Assembly (NCBI GenBank): GCA_003557645.1
Contig: PWNV01000020.1
Location: forward strand, 78,328 to 142,327
Direction: 5' to 3'
Length of the DNA stretch: 64,000 bases
Source: Candidatus Nealsonbacteria bacterium
Lineage (GTDB): Bacteria > Patescibacteriota > Minisyncoccia > Minisyncoccales > PWPS01
Shown: piece after piece, positions 30,714-40,173 of the stretch
How the letters are laid out: every line of letters begins with the position of its first letter
Numbering within the stretch: the stretch's first letter is position 1
Notes under the pieces: model-generated
What the model was told of the DNA's origin: nothing
Databases searched by the model: none
Seen by the model: the letters and a program-made list of their open reading frames with translations, nothing else
Program-made: the position numbers and the translations under genes

Positions 30714-31000
30714 GAATTAGATTTTTATAAATTCCTAAATCTCACAAACACACCCCAAGCACATAAACAATTCTAAACCTATTTTACTCAGAAATCAACT
30801 CCAAAAAATTACTTAATTTAATTAATTCTTTCTAAAAGAGTTCTTATTATTACAACACTCCGTTTTATTTTCTTTCATTTTACTGTTAAAGTCGTGAAGG
30901 CTGTGAACTAAAAATAGGGAGACCACAAATAATTACTAAAAAAAACACTAATTCCCTATATAGAAGACAACGAGCTAGTAGAAGCTACCCCCAAGCAAAA

Positions 31001-31030
31001 CAAAGCCCCTGGTTGAAAGCAGGGGTTTTG
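31001..31030. terminator. intrinsic terminator after QueC-like paralog 1
   Basis: caaagcccctg-gttgaaag-caggggttttg. Confidence 0.7.
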
Positions 31031-31048
31031 TAGATGTTTGTGCAAAGA

Positions 31049-31882
31049 CTAAGCATCATATTTTGTTCTGTCTTCTATTCCCGCCTTTTTAAATGCTTCT
31101 ATTCTGTTAACGCAAGCGGGGTAGCACTTCCCACAATGTTTTTCTTGATCTTTATAACAACTCCTTGTTTTTTCAATAGGAAGATTGTGTTTATCAGCCC
31201 ATCTCAAATAAACATCTTTCCCATAAAAATTATTATACTCCCTCTCTATAGGAAGGCATATCACTTGCCAAGAATAATCGCCCATAATCTGACAAATTAA
31301 TAGATTTAAAATCCTCATGGATGTAAGAGTTGAGTGTCTCGGTGGATCTTCTTTCATGCAAGAAATAAAAACTGTCTTTGGGAAAACTTTTTTTGATTGA
31401 AGAGAGTAAGCATATTCTGCTGCTGTTAATATTATTGCTGGATTTCTAGCAGGATAAGCTATTCTCGTTCTTGACTCTATTCCGTCCCCTAAATTTTTTA
31501 CACTCCTTAACATGTCCTTGTATTCAGAGGCAGGAGTCGGTACTTGAATTTCAATAGTTTTATTAAACAGTTCAGGATATTTCTTCGAAAAGTAATCATC
31601 AAAATAATTTACAGCTTCTCTTTCATACTTTAAATTGCTCTGATCTCTATTTATAAAAGCAGGATAAACACTAAGCTTAAAATCCTCTAAGAGAATAGCA
31701 ATATTGGTTGTAGAATCCATTCCTCCAGAGTGAACTGCAACAACCGGAGACCCGGGTTTGGGAATTTTTGCAACATTTAATCTTCTCCTCTTTATTATCC
31801 CGTCAATATCCTTTAGAACACTCGGATCCTCTTGTCTTTTCTTCTCTAAACCAAAAGTATTAGTGTTTATTATCTTCGTCAT
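31049..31882 (-). CDS. QueC-like PP-loop ATPase (paralog 1)
   Basis: SGGMDS PP-loop, YPARN, TRSCY..HCGKC..C..R Zn site. Confidence 0.88.
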   Translation of the reverse strand: MTKIINTNTFGLEKKRQEDPSVLKDIDGIIKRRRLNVAKIPKPGSPVVAVHSGGMDSTTNIAILLEDFKLSVYPAFINRDQSNLKYEREAVNYFDDYFSKKYPELFNKTIEIQVPTPASEYKDMLRSVKNLGDGIESRTRIAYPARNPAIILTAAEYAYSLQSKKVFPKTVFISCMKEDPPRHSTLTSMRILNLLICQIMGDYSWQVICLPIEREYNNFYGKDVYLRWADKHNLPIEKTRSCYKDQEKHCGKCYPACVNRIEAFKKAGIEDRTKYDA

Positions 31883-32594
31883 ATTTTTTAATTAATTCTT
31901 TAGCATCTTCTATGCACTCTCCATATATGTGCACATCTGTTATAAAACCATCCAATGACTTTGTATTAATTGGAACATTTAATTTTTTGCTAAGATCTTC
32001 TGCTATCTGATTACAAAGTATTGATATCGCCAACATATTTCCATTTCCTTTCTGAAAACCATCTAAGCTTCTTGCATACCAAACGCAATTCATATCCCAC
32101 CCTTCATTGTTTTTAATGAGCCTAAATTGAACGTTGCAAAGACATGGCAAATAATCATCGTAGTGATCTGCCATCACCAGCTCATAATCCTCCCAGTTTA
32201 TGAAGCTCATCACTGCCTTCTTGCTTTCAGGTATAGTGCTCAGCCTGTCAATAATATACTCATACATTCTTCCCTCTTTAATTCTGGAATAGTAACTTTT
32301 AGGTCCCGCAGTAAAGCTTGGAACTACATCAAAATCATACATCTCTACTCCCCCTCCAACAGTTAAATAAACTATGGCATCCAAGTTGTCTTTATTTCCG
32401 TATTCTTCCAGAACAGGATCGGGCATAACCGGTTTTTCTATCTTAATTCTTAAATTTTGAAGAGCTACTCTATCTCTTTTTTCATCAGGTGAATTTTCTC
32501 CGAAATCAATTATTGAGCGAATTAAATCAACCCAAGCTTTGCCTACGGTTTCGTTGTGAATATGGACACCAAACGGCTCTATATTTTTGTACAT
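31860..32594 (-). CDS. thymidylate synthase-fold protein (divergent, archaeal-like)
   Basis: catalytic LPC, QFR, RSLD...N, DVHIY. Confidence 0.85.
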   Translation of the reverse strand: MYKNIEPFGVHIHNETVGKAWVDLIRSIIDFGENSPDEKRDRVALQNLRIKIEKPVMPDPVLEEYGNKDNLDAIVYLTVGGGVEMYDFDVVPSFTAGPKSYYSRIKEGRMYEYIIDRLSTIPESKKAVMSFINWEDYELVMADHYDDYLPCLCNVQFRLIKNNEGWDMNCVWYARSLDGFQKGNGNMLAISILCNQIAEDLSKKLNVPINTKSLDGFITDVHIYGECIEDAKELIKKYDEDNKH

Positions 32595-32692
32595 ATTTTT
32601 TTTAAAAAAAACAATATTTTTTATTGCTTTTTTAATTAATAATTATGTTTAACATTTATACTTGATTGGCTCTGATGAAATAATATATTTAC

Positions 32693-32720
32693 ATTATATA
32701 ATAAAATATATTTTTGTCAA
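32693..32720 (-). promoter_or_regulatory. promoter TTGACA-N16-TATAAT for the TS-like/QueC-1 operon
   Basis: perfect boxes on the minus strand. Confidence 0.75.
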
Positions 32721-32792
32721 TAATAAGCCTTAAAACTGTGTCCCCCGCCTCATTTACCTTTACAAAACAAGAAAATATGTTATTGTAAAAAA

Positions 32793-33668
32793 ATGAATAA
32801 TTTAATCAACACAAAGACTGGTCATTTAAATAGAGAAAGAAGGACTGAAGATGGATATCTTATTGAAAAATTTAATGAAATTTTGAAAGAAAAGAGAGGT
32901 TACGTTGTTAAAATACCAAAAGAAAGCTCCGCTGTAACAATTCCTGTATCTGGAGGAATTGACAGCATATGTCAGCTGTTTATTTTGCTTAATGATCTTA
33001 AGCTAAATGTTTATCCATGCTTCATAGACAGAGGACAGTCAAACATTAAAGCAGAAAGTGCGTCAGTAGATTATTTCAATAAATACTTTTCAAAAAGATT
33101 TCCAAATCATTTTCACGAGATAAAAAAAATAAAAGTAGAAACCCCTGCAAAAGAGTATAAAGAAGACTTAATAGCTACTAAAAAACTAAAAGACGATATA
33201 TTGCTAAGAACCGATATTAGCTATCCTGTAAGAAATCCAATTATCTTTCTAACCGCAATGGAGTACGCTTATTCTCTTCAGTCAAAAGGTGTTTATATAG
33301 ATACCGTATTTCTTTCTCTTTGCAAAGAAGATAATTTATACCACTCTTCCCTAACTTCACTGAGGTCCTTAAATATTTTGATTTGTCATATTACAAATAA
33401 CTGGAATTGGCAAATAATATCTTTACCAATTGAAGAAGAGTTTCAAAATTGCTACGAAAAAGAGGTTTACATGAAGCATTGTCTTGAAAATGGGCTTCCA
33501 TTAGAATTTACTAGAACGTGCACAAACAAAGGGAAAAATCATTGTGGCCAGTGTGCTTGTTGCTGGGACAGGAGAAATGGATTCAAGAACGCAAAAGCAA
33601 AAGACTTAACTGTTTATGATAACCCATTAAACGATAATCTTTCTTATGCCGAAAGAAGGCTTTTATAA
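32793..33668 (+). CDS. QueC-like PP-loop ATPase (paralog 2)
   Basis: SGGIDS, YPVRN, TRTC..HCGQCACC..R; collinear with paralog 1. Confidence 0.88.
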   Translation: MNNLINTKTGHLNRERRTEDGYLIEKFNEILKEKRGYVVKIPKESSAVTIPVSGGIDSICQLFILLNDLKLNVYPCFIDRGQSNIKAESASVDYFNKYFSKRFPNHFHEIKKIKVETPAKEYKEDLIATKKLKDDILLRTDISYPVRNPIIFLTAMEYAYSLQSKGVYIDTVFLSLCKEDNLYHSSLTSLRSLNILICHITNNWNWQIISLPIEEEFQNCYEKEVYMKHCLENGLPLEFTRTCTNKGKNHCGQCACCWDRRNGFKNAKAKDLTVYDNPLNDNLSYAERRLL

Positions 33669-33671
33669 AAT

Positions 33672-34199
33672 ATGAAAAAAGAAATAGAAGTTAAATTTCA
33701 ATTAAAAAACAAAGATAAGATTCTTGAAAAGCTCTCTGCTTTGGGAGGAAAAGCAAAAAAACCATATGACCAAATAACATATGGATTTTTTTCAAAAGAC
33801 TCTGTTGAGAGAGGTATTTTTCCTAGAATAAGGAAAGAATTTGGGAAAAGTGTTTTAACCGTGAAAGTAAGGCCACAAAAAGAATCTTCCTTTTTTGAAA
33901 GAAAAGAATATTCAATAACAATTGATGACGAAAAGGAAGGTATAGAAATACTAAAATCTCTGGGATTTGATCGTATCAGAGAGTTTTCAAAGAAAAGACA
34001 AGAGTGGGAATTTCCTGATGTTGAGGTGTGTGTTGATGATCTGTACTTTGGCACTTTTTTAGAAATTGAAGGAGAAAAGAAAGACATTGAATCAATGATT
34101 AAAAAACTAGGACTTGAAAATAATGAAAGAATAACAAAGGCGTACTTAGCCATTGAAGATGACTATAAAAGTATGTTGAAGAAAGATAATAAGAGTTAG
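33672..34199 (+). CDS. CYTH / class IV adenylate cyclase-like protein
   Basis: EIEVKF, RIR, KKRQEW, FLEIEG, KAY. Confidence 0.9.
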   Translation: MKKEIEVKFQLKNKDKILEKLSALGGKAKKPYDQITYGFFSKDSVERGIFPRIRKEFGKSVLTVKVRPQKESSFFERKEYSITIDDEKEGIEILKSLGFDRIREFSKKRQEWEFPDVEVCVDDLYFGTFLEIEGEKKDIESMIKKLGLENNERITKAYLAIEDDYKSMLKKDNKS

Positions 34200-34254
34200 T
34201 TTTGTTATTTTTCTCCGACATATCAACTCTGTCGGAGGAGGGAAACTGATCTTT

Positions 34255-34872
34255 ATGAGTAAAATATTTGTTTTATACGGGATTAATGGAGTTGGTAAAG
34301 ATGCTATTGCTGCTGCTCTACAAAGAGAGAATTCAGAAATTGTAATTGTTACCGTGTCAAGGCTAGTTATGTATCATCTAGGAATTATAAGAGACTTTTC
34401 CTATAATTTAAGTATCAATGAAAGCGCATATCGTGAACTTGAAAAAACAAGTTCCGAAAGAAAGGAAGAAGTCTCAAATACTCTCTGTTTTGAGACCATA
34501 GCAAGTCTTTCTGAAAACGGTAAAATTGTTTTGTGCTTGAGTCACCTAGCAATATCAAAAAGATACGGCAAAAATAACTGGACATGCAAGCCATCATCCC
34601 CTTCAAAGTGGATTAATAGTGCAAATGGATTAATTCATGTCACCGCTGATCCAGAAGATGTTTTAATTTGGAGAAAAAACGATAAGAGAGAAAGGGTAAA
34701 CTGCATCAAAGAAATCCAAGAGCAACAGATAACAACGACCAATGAGTGGGAGAAAATCATCAACAACACCCAAGTTCCTTACATCACCGTTTTAAACAAG
34801 AATCATCAAAAAAGAAAAGCTGTACGTGCTATCGAAAGATTTATTTTCCAAAACAGCAGAAAAGAGGATTAA
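34255..34872 (+). CDS. P-loop nucleoside monophosphate kinase-like protein
   Basis: GINGVGKD Walker A; ADP.....WRKNDKRER lid resembling archaeal adenylate kinases. Confidence 0.75.
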   Translation: MSKIFVLYGINGVGKDAIAAALQRENSEIVIVTVSRLVMYHLGIIRDFSYNLSINESAYRELEKTSSERKEEVSNTLCFETIASLSENGKIVLCLSHLAISKRYGKNNWTCKPSSPSKWINSANGLIHVTADPEDVLIWRKNDKRERVNCIKEIQEQQITTTNEWEKIINNTQVPYITVLNKNHQKRKAVRAIERFIFQNSRKED

Positions 34873-34919
34873 CCATCCTCTCTTTTTTTTAAAGAATACA
34901 TTTTTTGGGATTACTCCAT

Positions 34920-36104
34920 CTAGGCATTACTTTCATTTTCACAAGAAAAGCACCCTTCTTTGCCTGCAAAATAACTAGCAAAAAAACTAGATACTGGAAC
35001 TCCAAGTATCAGCGAAACGCTTCCAACTATTGCCCTAATAACTTCTTCAGCGACAAACTCACTATTTAGCATTACCCATAGTGGTGTATGATCTATCCCC
35101 ATAATTAATAAAAGAAAAGGAAGAGATGCGCCAACATAAACCAAAATAAGAGTGTTTACCAGAGAAGCAATATGCTCTCTTCCGACTAAAGTCCCTCTTT
35201 GATACAGTTCCTTCATTTCTAACTCCGGATTAGCTCTTTTGATTTGCCAAATTGCAGCTGTTTGTGTAGAAGCAACATCAGTAATAACACCAAAAACTCC
35301 GATAACAAGTCCTGCAAGTAGCAATCCTTGCAAACTAATATGCGAGTATTCTCCGTAGTGGAAAGAAAGACCGACATCGTTTCCTCTCCCAAAAAGACTA
35401 GTTATCTCTACGAAGAAATGCGACAAAAAGATGGCAATCAATAAAGTAATTACTGTGCTTAACCAAATAACATTTGCCTTTTTCCCAATTCCATGAGCAA
35501 GAAAAATTGAAACACCAGATATTATTAAAATACCAGTCAAAGCAACTTTTATTATTTCTTCTCCAGTAATGATTGCTGGAACAATATAATTAATTAAAAC
35601 CAAAAAACTAAAACCAAGTCCGCAAATAGCACCAAGTCCACGCATTCTCCCAAAATATAAAATAGCTATCAAAAAAATAAAAAGAGATAAAATTAATCCG
35701 TTTCTCCTTAGGTGATCGCTAATATAAAAATTACTTTCATCAATTGTTCTTAACACAACAATGTCTCCCTCTTTGAAAACATTCGATTTGTCCAGGTCAA
35801 ATATGGACCCGTGTTCAACTAGAAATACTTTTCCAGTAAAATCACCATCCAATACTTCTACCTTTAATTCTTGTTTTACACTCTGGTAACCCGCATCTTC
35901 GTGTTGGTAACCTATCTCTTCATGCTCCACCCTCAACACTCTTCCCTTATAAAAAGATACTTCGCTCTGATGAAAAACACTCTCTTCCTCATATAAAACA
36001 ATTTCTTCATCTACCCTTATTCCAGAAGAAAAAAATGCACAAAGAAAGAAGGCAATAAGAGATATTGATATAACAAAAAACGAAATAAGATTCTCTTTCT
36101 TCAT
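34920..36104 (-). CDS. YibE/F family membrane protein
   Basis: IGVFGVITDVA..Q, GREH..SLVNTL.LVYVG, EEVIR. Confidence 0.9.
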   Translation of the reverse strand: MKKENLISFFVISISLIAFFLCAFFSSGIRVDEEIVLYEEESVFHQSEVSFYKGRVLRVEHEEIGYQHEDAGYQSVKQELKVEVLDGDFTGKVFLVEHGSIFDLDKSNVFKEGDIVVLRTIDESNFYISDHLRRNGLILSLFIFLIAILYFGRMRGLGAICGLGFSFLVLINYIVPAIITGEEIIKVALTGILIISGVSIFLAHGIGKKANVIWLSTVITLLIAIFLSHFFVEITSLFGRGNDVGLSFHYGEYSHISLQGLLLAGLVIGVFGVITDVASTQTAAIWQIKRANPELEMKELYQRGTLVGREHIASLVNTLILVYVGASLPFLLLIMGIDHTPLWVMLNSEFVAEEVIRAIVGSVSLILGVPVSSFFASYFAGKEGCFSCENESNA

Positions 36105-36142
36105 GATTTTTGGATTGTTTTAATATAAAAACAAGAAAGCAA

Positions 36143-36916
36143 TCAGTATTTATTTTTTGGTGGGAGTGGCACAAAAACACTTGTCCTCTTTTTATAGTCA
36201 TCAAAATCCGGGTGCTCTGCCATCTTTTTTTCAAGCATAGGAATTCCTGATACTTTTAATACTAAAAAAGTAATGACTATCGGACTAACAAGAAGCCAAA
36301 TAGATTCTGTAACAGAAAAAGAAATTATCCAGACCCCCCACCACAAAAGAGCCTCCCCAAAATAATTCGGATGCCTGGTGTATCTCCAAAGGCCTTGCGT
36401 CATCAATTTTCCTTTGTTTTTTGGATTTTCCAAAAACTTGGCAAGCTGAGCATCTCCTACAGATTCAAAGAAAAAACCAATACACCAAACAAAAACTCCG
36501 ATAAAGTCTAAAATTTCAAAACTGCCCCCTGCTTCTTTGTTAATAAAAAGTACCGGCAAAACAATAATATATAGAAGAGCTCCCTGTAATATATAAACTT
36601 GGAAGTAAGATCTCAGATAAAACCATCTCCCCCACTTTTCTCTCCACTTTAGATAACGATAGTCTTCTTCCTTTCCCTTGTTTCTTGTGTAAACATGTCC
36701 AGCAAGCCTAATTCCCCAAACACTAACTAAAGCACAAATAATGATATGTCTCAGCTCTGTTTCAGGAGAGAGGAAAAAAGAAACCCAAGCAAGCATAACA
36801 AAACCAATTCCCCATGCAACATCAGCAACATCATTTCTTTTTTTGATCAAAGAAACCAAAAAAAAGGCCGTCATATAAAGAAAAAGAGTTCCCGCAAGAA
36901 GTAAAAAATAATTCAT
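36143..36916 (-). CDS. DUF1295 family (steroid 5-alpha-reductase-like) membrane protein
   Basis: DVAWG, EDYRY, GLWRYTRHPNYFGE. Confidence 0.92.
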   Translation of the reverse strand: MNYFLLLAGTLFLYMTAFFLVSLIKKRNDVADVAWGIGFVMLAWVSFFLSPETELRHIIICALVSVWGIRLAGHVYTRNKGKEEDYRYLKWREKWGRWFYLRSYFQVYILQGALLYIIVLPVLFINKEAGGSFEILDFIGVFVWCIGFFFESVGDAQLAKFLENPKNKGKLMTQGLWRYTRHPNYFGEALLWWGVWIISFSVTESIWLLVSPIVITFLVLKVSGIPMLEKKMAEHPDFDDYKKRTSVFVPLPPKNKY

Positions 36917-37311
36917 GACAAAAACTTAGTAACAACAAAATAAGTTAAAACACAGACAGTTCCTCCCAGAAAAGCCCCCCACATAATGTCAACAACGGCA
37001 ACAATAATCGGCCAACTTTTTAGTGTAGCAAGATTGGTAAGATCGTAGGTGGCATAAGCAATAAAGCCAAAGAAAGCACCATACAAAAGTGCATGTATCC
37101 ATGAGTTTTTCTCAAGAGAAGGAGTGATGACAAATACAACAAGAGCAACAACAAAAAGAAGATAAAAAATGATTGCAGGAGGCCAGTTAACGTTATCCCT
37201 TAAAAGATGACCAAGGTATTTATCATAGAAATTTTTGGCAACCAGTCCAAGCCACAACATATCTACTGCTAGAAATATAAGAAACGCAACTAAAAAAGAT
37301 TTAAAAAACAT
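36913..37311 (-). CDS. DUF2177 family membrane protein
   Basis: DMLWL, YATYDLTNLATL..WP....D..WG. Confidence 0.92.
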   Translation of the reverse strand: MFFKSFLVAFLIFLAVDMLWLGLVAKNFYDKYLGHLLRDNVNWPPAIIFYLLFVVALVVFVITPSLEKNSWIHALLYGAFFGFIAYATYDLTNLATLKSWPIIVAVVDIMWGAFLGGTVCVLTYFVVTKFLS

Positions 37312-37425
37312 AAGCTTTATTTTAAAGAATAATATTCCTATTGCAATGCAAAGCAGGATTCCTAAAAAAATGTCGAGAATTGTCGATAAAGAAAATTAGA
37401 AAAAATTTTCTCTTTATAGACATTT

Positions 37426-37959
37426 TTATGCTTCTGGAGCTCTTTCTTCGCTCATCAGAGGAACCCAAAACCACTCATCATTTAATTCAGCTACAGAAAT
37501 TAAAAAATTAAAATCTTCTGATTCGCCAATTATATTCAAAAATTTTTCAGGAGAAACAGGAAGATACAAGGACTCTCCATTGCCTCCGCTAAAATAATTA
37601 TCTAGTAATTTATTTTCTTCGTCATAAACTCCTGCATTGCTTATGTCCTCTGTAATGTCATTTACAATAAATGAGGGTTTTGTTTTTTTAAAAATGCTTG
37701 AGGAATAAGTAATTAAATCTTCTACCTTTTCTCCTTCTTTCTCAGGGCCTAATGAAGAAAAATAATCTCGAGATTCAGGGTGTATCAACATTTTAAGGCT
37801 TTCACTGTCCTGTTGATATAAATAATCAACAAACACTTCAGTAAAGTTATATATTTCTTTGTTATCTGTTTTTCGAAAATTATCTCCAATAAGGAAGATT
37901 CCAATAGCGAAAGAAAATATTATTCCAATTGTTATAATTTTAAATATTTTTTTATTCAT
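37426..37959 (-). CDS. membrane-anchored hypothetical protein
   Basis: N-terminal TM; 177 aa. Confidence 0.7.
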   Translation of the reverse strand: MNKKIFKIITIGIIFSFAIGIFLIGDNFRKTDNKEIYNFTEVFVDYLYQQDSESLKMLIHPESRDYFSSLGPEKEGEKVEDLITYSSSIFKKTKPSFIVNDITEDISNAGVYDEENKLLDNYFSGGNGESLYLPVSPEKFLNIIGESEDFNFLISVAELNDEWFWVPLMSEERAPEA

Positions 37960-38123
37960 AAATTATTTGCTTAATTTATATTGTCTTCAGTATATCACAA
38001 AACAAAAATTCGAAGAATGCTTTGAAAATACTAATATTAAAAGTTTAACTAAAGAAAGGCTATATCAAAGCATCTTTATTGAAATAAAAACCCATCATTT
38101 CTCTCTTTGATAGTTTTGCAAGT

Positions 38124-39212
38124 TTATGCTCTATACCCTGTTTTTAATTCTTTTTCTATTTTAAATCTTTTCAAGGAAAGATTAATAAGCTCTGTAATTA
38201 AGTCTTTATAAGAAACGCCTGAAGCCTCCCAAAGCTTTGGATACATGCTTATTTTTGTAAACCCCGGCATTGTATTAATCTCATTAACAAAAAGCTCTCC
38301 ATTTTCTTTTAAGAAAAAGTCAACTCTTCCTAATCCCTCGCAATACAAGGCCTTAAATGTTTTTACTGCTAAGTTCTGAATTTTTTCTGCTATCTCACTA
38401 TTAACGTCTGCCGGAACTTTAAGACTAGCCCCTTCTTCATCTATATATTTTGACTCATAGGAATAAAAGTCATGACTTGGAATAACTTCCCCTAAAACAG
38501 ATGCTCGAGGATTGCTGTTTCCTAAAACCGAACACTCGATTTCCCTTCCTTCTACAAACTCTTCAACTATTATTTTTAAATCGTAATCAAACGCCAGAGA
38601 AATTGCTTTGTGATAATCTTTTTCTTTGTAGACTTTACTTACTCCGACAGAGGACCCCATGTTTGCTGGCTTCACAAAAAAAGGACTCTTAAGTCTTTTT
38701 ACCACCTCTTCATAACCTAAAATTTCTTCATCCTTATAGAAACATAAATAATCGGCTACAGGAATAGAGTTGTCTTTTAAAATCTTTTTCATGGCTTCTT
38801 TATCCATGCCAACTGCAGATCCTAAAACGCTTGAACCAACAAAAGGAATATCTGCTAATTTCAAAACTCCTTGAACCGTTCCGTCCTCACCAAAAGGACC
38901 GTGAAGTATAGGGAAAACAACATCAATTTTTATTTTTGTTTCTTTTCCTGTTAAAAAAATAACTTTCCCTTCACACTGTGGAGTTAGTGCTACATAGTCT
39001 TTTTTAATGTCTTTCATTAATCTTCCATCCAGCAAGACAGATTCAAGGTCTTCGCTTACGAACCACTTTCCCTCTTTATCAATTCCAATTAAAAATGGAT
39101 TATAAAGGTCTTTATCAATTTCCTGGAAAATGCTCTTTGCCGATTGCAAAGATACTTCATGTTCAGCAGATTTACCTCCAAACAAAATCGCAATATTTTT
39201 TTTATTATTCAT
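38124..39212 (-). CDS. ddl: D-alanine--D-alanine ligase
   Basis: GGKSAEHEVS, LHGPFGEDG, GSSVG, FYSYESKY, NEINTMPGFT. Confidence 0.97.
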   Translation of the reverse strand: MNNKKNIAILFGGKSAEHEVSLQSAKSIFQEIDKDLYNPFLIGIDKEGKWFVSEDLESVLLDGRLMKDIKKDYVALTPQCEGKVIFLTGKETKIKIDVVFPILHGPFGEDGTVQGVLKLADIPFVGSSVLGSAVGMDKEAMKKILKDNSIPVADYLCFYKDEEILGYEEVVKRLKSPFFVKPANMGSSVGVSKVYKEKDYHKAISLAFDYDLKIIVEEFVEGREIECSVLGNSNPRASVLGEVIPSHDFYSYESKYIDEEGASLKVPADVNSEIAEKIQNLAVKTFKALYCEGLGRVDFFLKENGELFVNEINTMPGFTKISMYPKLWEASGVSYKDLITELINLSLKRFKIEKELKTGYRA

Positions 39213-39494
39213 GTTAGCTTGATTATACATCATCAGCTTCATTTGTTAAAATCATAGTTATCACCTCCCCCGATACACTGTACTACATATACTCATCTAT
39301 TATAAAAAATCCCCCTATAAAGGGGGGTGGAGTTAATTTAAAACATCAATGTTGTTTACTTTAACTCTTTTAAAAAGATCATTGTAGGGTTTGAGAGGAT
39401 CTCTGCTCTTCGTGAAACATTTTTTTATTTAAAGCAAATACTTTTCACTTACTAAGCTAGTATATAATCTTCATTCCCTAATTTCTCCTTTGCA

Positions 39495-40022
39495 TCAATT
39501 ATTTCTAATCAAATCCCTCTTGCTTTTTTTCTCAATGTACATTCTCTTTTCAGCAAGCTTCATAACGTCACGAAGATTTTCTTTCTTCCCAGAATACTGA
39601 GAATAACCCACAGAAATGTTGTTTTTTTTCCTTAATCTTGAAACAATTTTTTCTGCATCACTCTCACTTGTCTCAGGAAAAATAATAACGAATTCATCTC
39701 CTCCAGTGCGAGCAGCAAAATCCATAATACGGCAACTTTGCTTTATCGTTTCCGCTAGAAAAATTATTGCATCATCACCAGCATCGTGTCCCTCGTCATC
39801 ATTTATCTCTTTCAAATTATCCATATCAATATAAACAACAAGAAAAGGATAGCTATACCTATCTGAACGTTCCTTTTCAACTTCTACCCTCTTTTCAAAA
39901 CCTCTTCGATTTAAGAGACCTGTGAGGTAGTCTGTCGTTGCCTCTTTCTCTAATTTTTCTATCCTATCTGGTCCCATCCGAAGAACAAGCACTACAGCTT
40001 TAAATATTTTTCTTATTATCAT
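39495..40022 (-). CDS. stand-alone GGDEF diguanylate cyclase
   Basis: DYLTGLLNRR, DMDNLKEIND..GH..GD, RTGGDEF. Confidence 0.93.
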   Translation of the reverse strand: MIIRKIFKAVVLVLRMGPDRIEKLEKEATTDYLTGLLNRRGFEKRVEVEKERSDRYSYPFLVVYIDMDNLKEINDDEGHDAGDDAIIFLAETIKQSCRIMDFAARTGGDEFVIIFPETSESDAEKIVSRLRKKNNISVGYSQYSGKKENLRDVMKLAEKRMYIEKKSKRDLIRNN

Positions 40023-40173
40023 TTTGCTAACCCCCTCTCCTTAATATTTAATTTTAAGAGTTCTGATAAAATCCCTCGCTTATAATATTATACAATATTT
40101 TACACAAAAAAACAACTCATTATACTGATCCATATAATAAAAGGCGCTCCTTCAGAGCGCCCAATTGTAACGT

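Noticed and set aside
31049..33668. Canonical queC/thyA annotation
   Set aside because: Duplicated and divergent, with no other Q-pathway genes in the window; gene symbols withheld.
39330..39490. Possible degraded ORF downstream of the GGDEF gene
   Set aside because: Fragments are too short and carry no recognisable motif.
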